NCBI GenBank assembly: GCA_051294375.1
Contig: JBJCIZ010000254.1
Coordinates: 1-8,179, forward strand
DNA length: 8,179 bases
From: Paraspadella gotoi
Taxonomy: Eukaryota; Animalia; Chaetognatha
Direction of reading: 5' to 3'
The translations under genes were made by a program, and so were the position numbers. Each line of letters opens with the position of its first letter. The first letter of the stretch is position 1. The notes beneath the pieces are model-generated. The model did no database searches. It was given only the letters and a program-made list of their open reading frames with translations, and had not been told where the DNA came from. Of this stretch, positions 7,224 to 8,179 are shown piece by piece.

Positions 7224-7553
7224 ACAAAGCACCGACCGGTGGTACCTAAGGTTGGTTGTGGTCATCGAATAGTAAAGTTACTCATTTATATTTTAAGAAC
7301 GGATTCAGATAAACCTAAAAAGTTGTCTATACAAAGTATAATGCGTTTTTCAATATTTTGATGACAAGTGGGTCAAATAAAATTTAAAAATTATTGTGTA
7401 ATCCTTTCATTTCGTTGCTTTTGGAATTTGCAGGAATAAGTTTGATTTGTTTATGACAACGATTTGTTTTATTTCAATTTATTTATTAATAGCTAATTGT
7501 TAAAGTTAATTCAGTTTAAAATAATTATTATTTGTTGTACATTGCACAATGTA

Positions 7554-7901
7554 NNNNNNNNNNNNNNNNNNNNNNNNNNNNNNNNNNNNNNNNNNNNNNN
7601 NNNNNNNNNNNNNNNNNNNNNNNNNNNNNNNNNNNNNNNNNNNNNNNNNNNNNNNNNNNNNNNNNNNNNNNNNNNNNNNNNNNNNNNNNNNNNNNNNNNN
7701 NNNNNNNNNNNNNNNNNNNNNNNNNNNNNNNNNNNNNNNNNNNNNNNNNNNNNNNNNNNNNNNNNNNNNNNNNNNNNNNNNNNNNNNNNNNNNNNNNNNN
7801 NNNNNNNNNNNNNNNNNNNNNNNNNNNNNNNNNNNNNNNNNNNNNNNNNNNNNNNNNNNNNNNNNNNNNNNNNNNNNNNNNNNNNNNNNNNNNNNNNNNN
7901 N
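7554..7901. other. Assembly gap (348 N)
   Basis: Run of N. Confidence 1.
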
Positions 7902-7929
7902 TGTAATCAAAGCCGAAACATGTCAAAAC
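7902..7929 (+). ncRNA. 3' half of a minimal hammerhead ribozyme (5' half would lie in the gap)
   Basis: TGTAATCAAAGCC-GAAAC-AT-GTC-AAAAC has the same AGCCGAAACATGTCA string as the minus-strand copy at 6284-6298. Confidence 0.55.
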
Positions 7930-8179
7930 AAATCGTTGTCAAAAACAAATCAAACTTATTCCTGCATATTTAAAAATTATCATCATCATAACATAATTTT
8001 TATAGTTTTTTTTAATTTTAACCGCTGTAACATAAAAGTTTGATATCTTGTCATAATATTTATTTTTTATTTTTTCAAGCTCTACCCGAATCCGTTTTTA
8101 AAAATTCTGAAATTTAAAAAAAAAATTTATGATTTACGATATTACGATTACGATTTATTATTAACTATACATAAAAGCT

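Larger units (their letters stand above)
7290..8104. repeat. Fold-back element 3 spanning the second gap; core arms 7429-7470 and 7925-7966
   Basis: The core arms are reverse complements at 41 of 42 positions. Weaker outer matches: 7352-7377 versus 8039-8060, and TTTTAAGAACGGATTC (7291-7306) versus GAATCCGTTTTTAAAA (8088-8103). Confidence 0.8.

Noticed and set aside
7000-8043. ORFs of 64-164 aa in the ORF track spanning N runs
   Set aside because: They are open only because N codons cannot be stops.

Overview
AT-rich eukaryotic (probably invertebrate animal) repeat-rich DNA with two assembly gaps (7075-7223, 7554-7901) and no convincing intact protein-coding gene. Two signals stand out. (1) A cluster of three fold-back (inverted-repeat) elements at ~6243-6485, ~6619-6828 and ~7290-8104, each carrying a minimal type I hammerhead ribozyme motif (CTGANGAA-stem II-GAAACATGTC) or a remnant of one, pointing outward. 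This motif class is characteristic of Penelope-like retroelement pseudo-LTRs. The copy at 6687-6728 (-) looks intact. (2) An 824-bp miniature LTR element (TRIM-like, 5011-5834) with two ~280-bp LTRs (TGTGGCAG...TGCCATA), a PBS resembling tRNA-Trp, and tRNA-like Pol III A/B boxes inside the first LTR. Also present: two degenerate (CCCTAA)-like tracts, a degenerate ~250-290 bp dispersed direct repeat, small tandem duplications, and weak coding-like GC-rich islands. All calls are by eye; no database search or folding was run.
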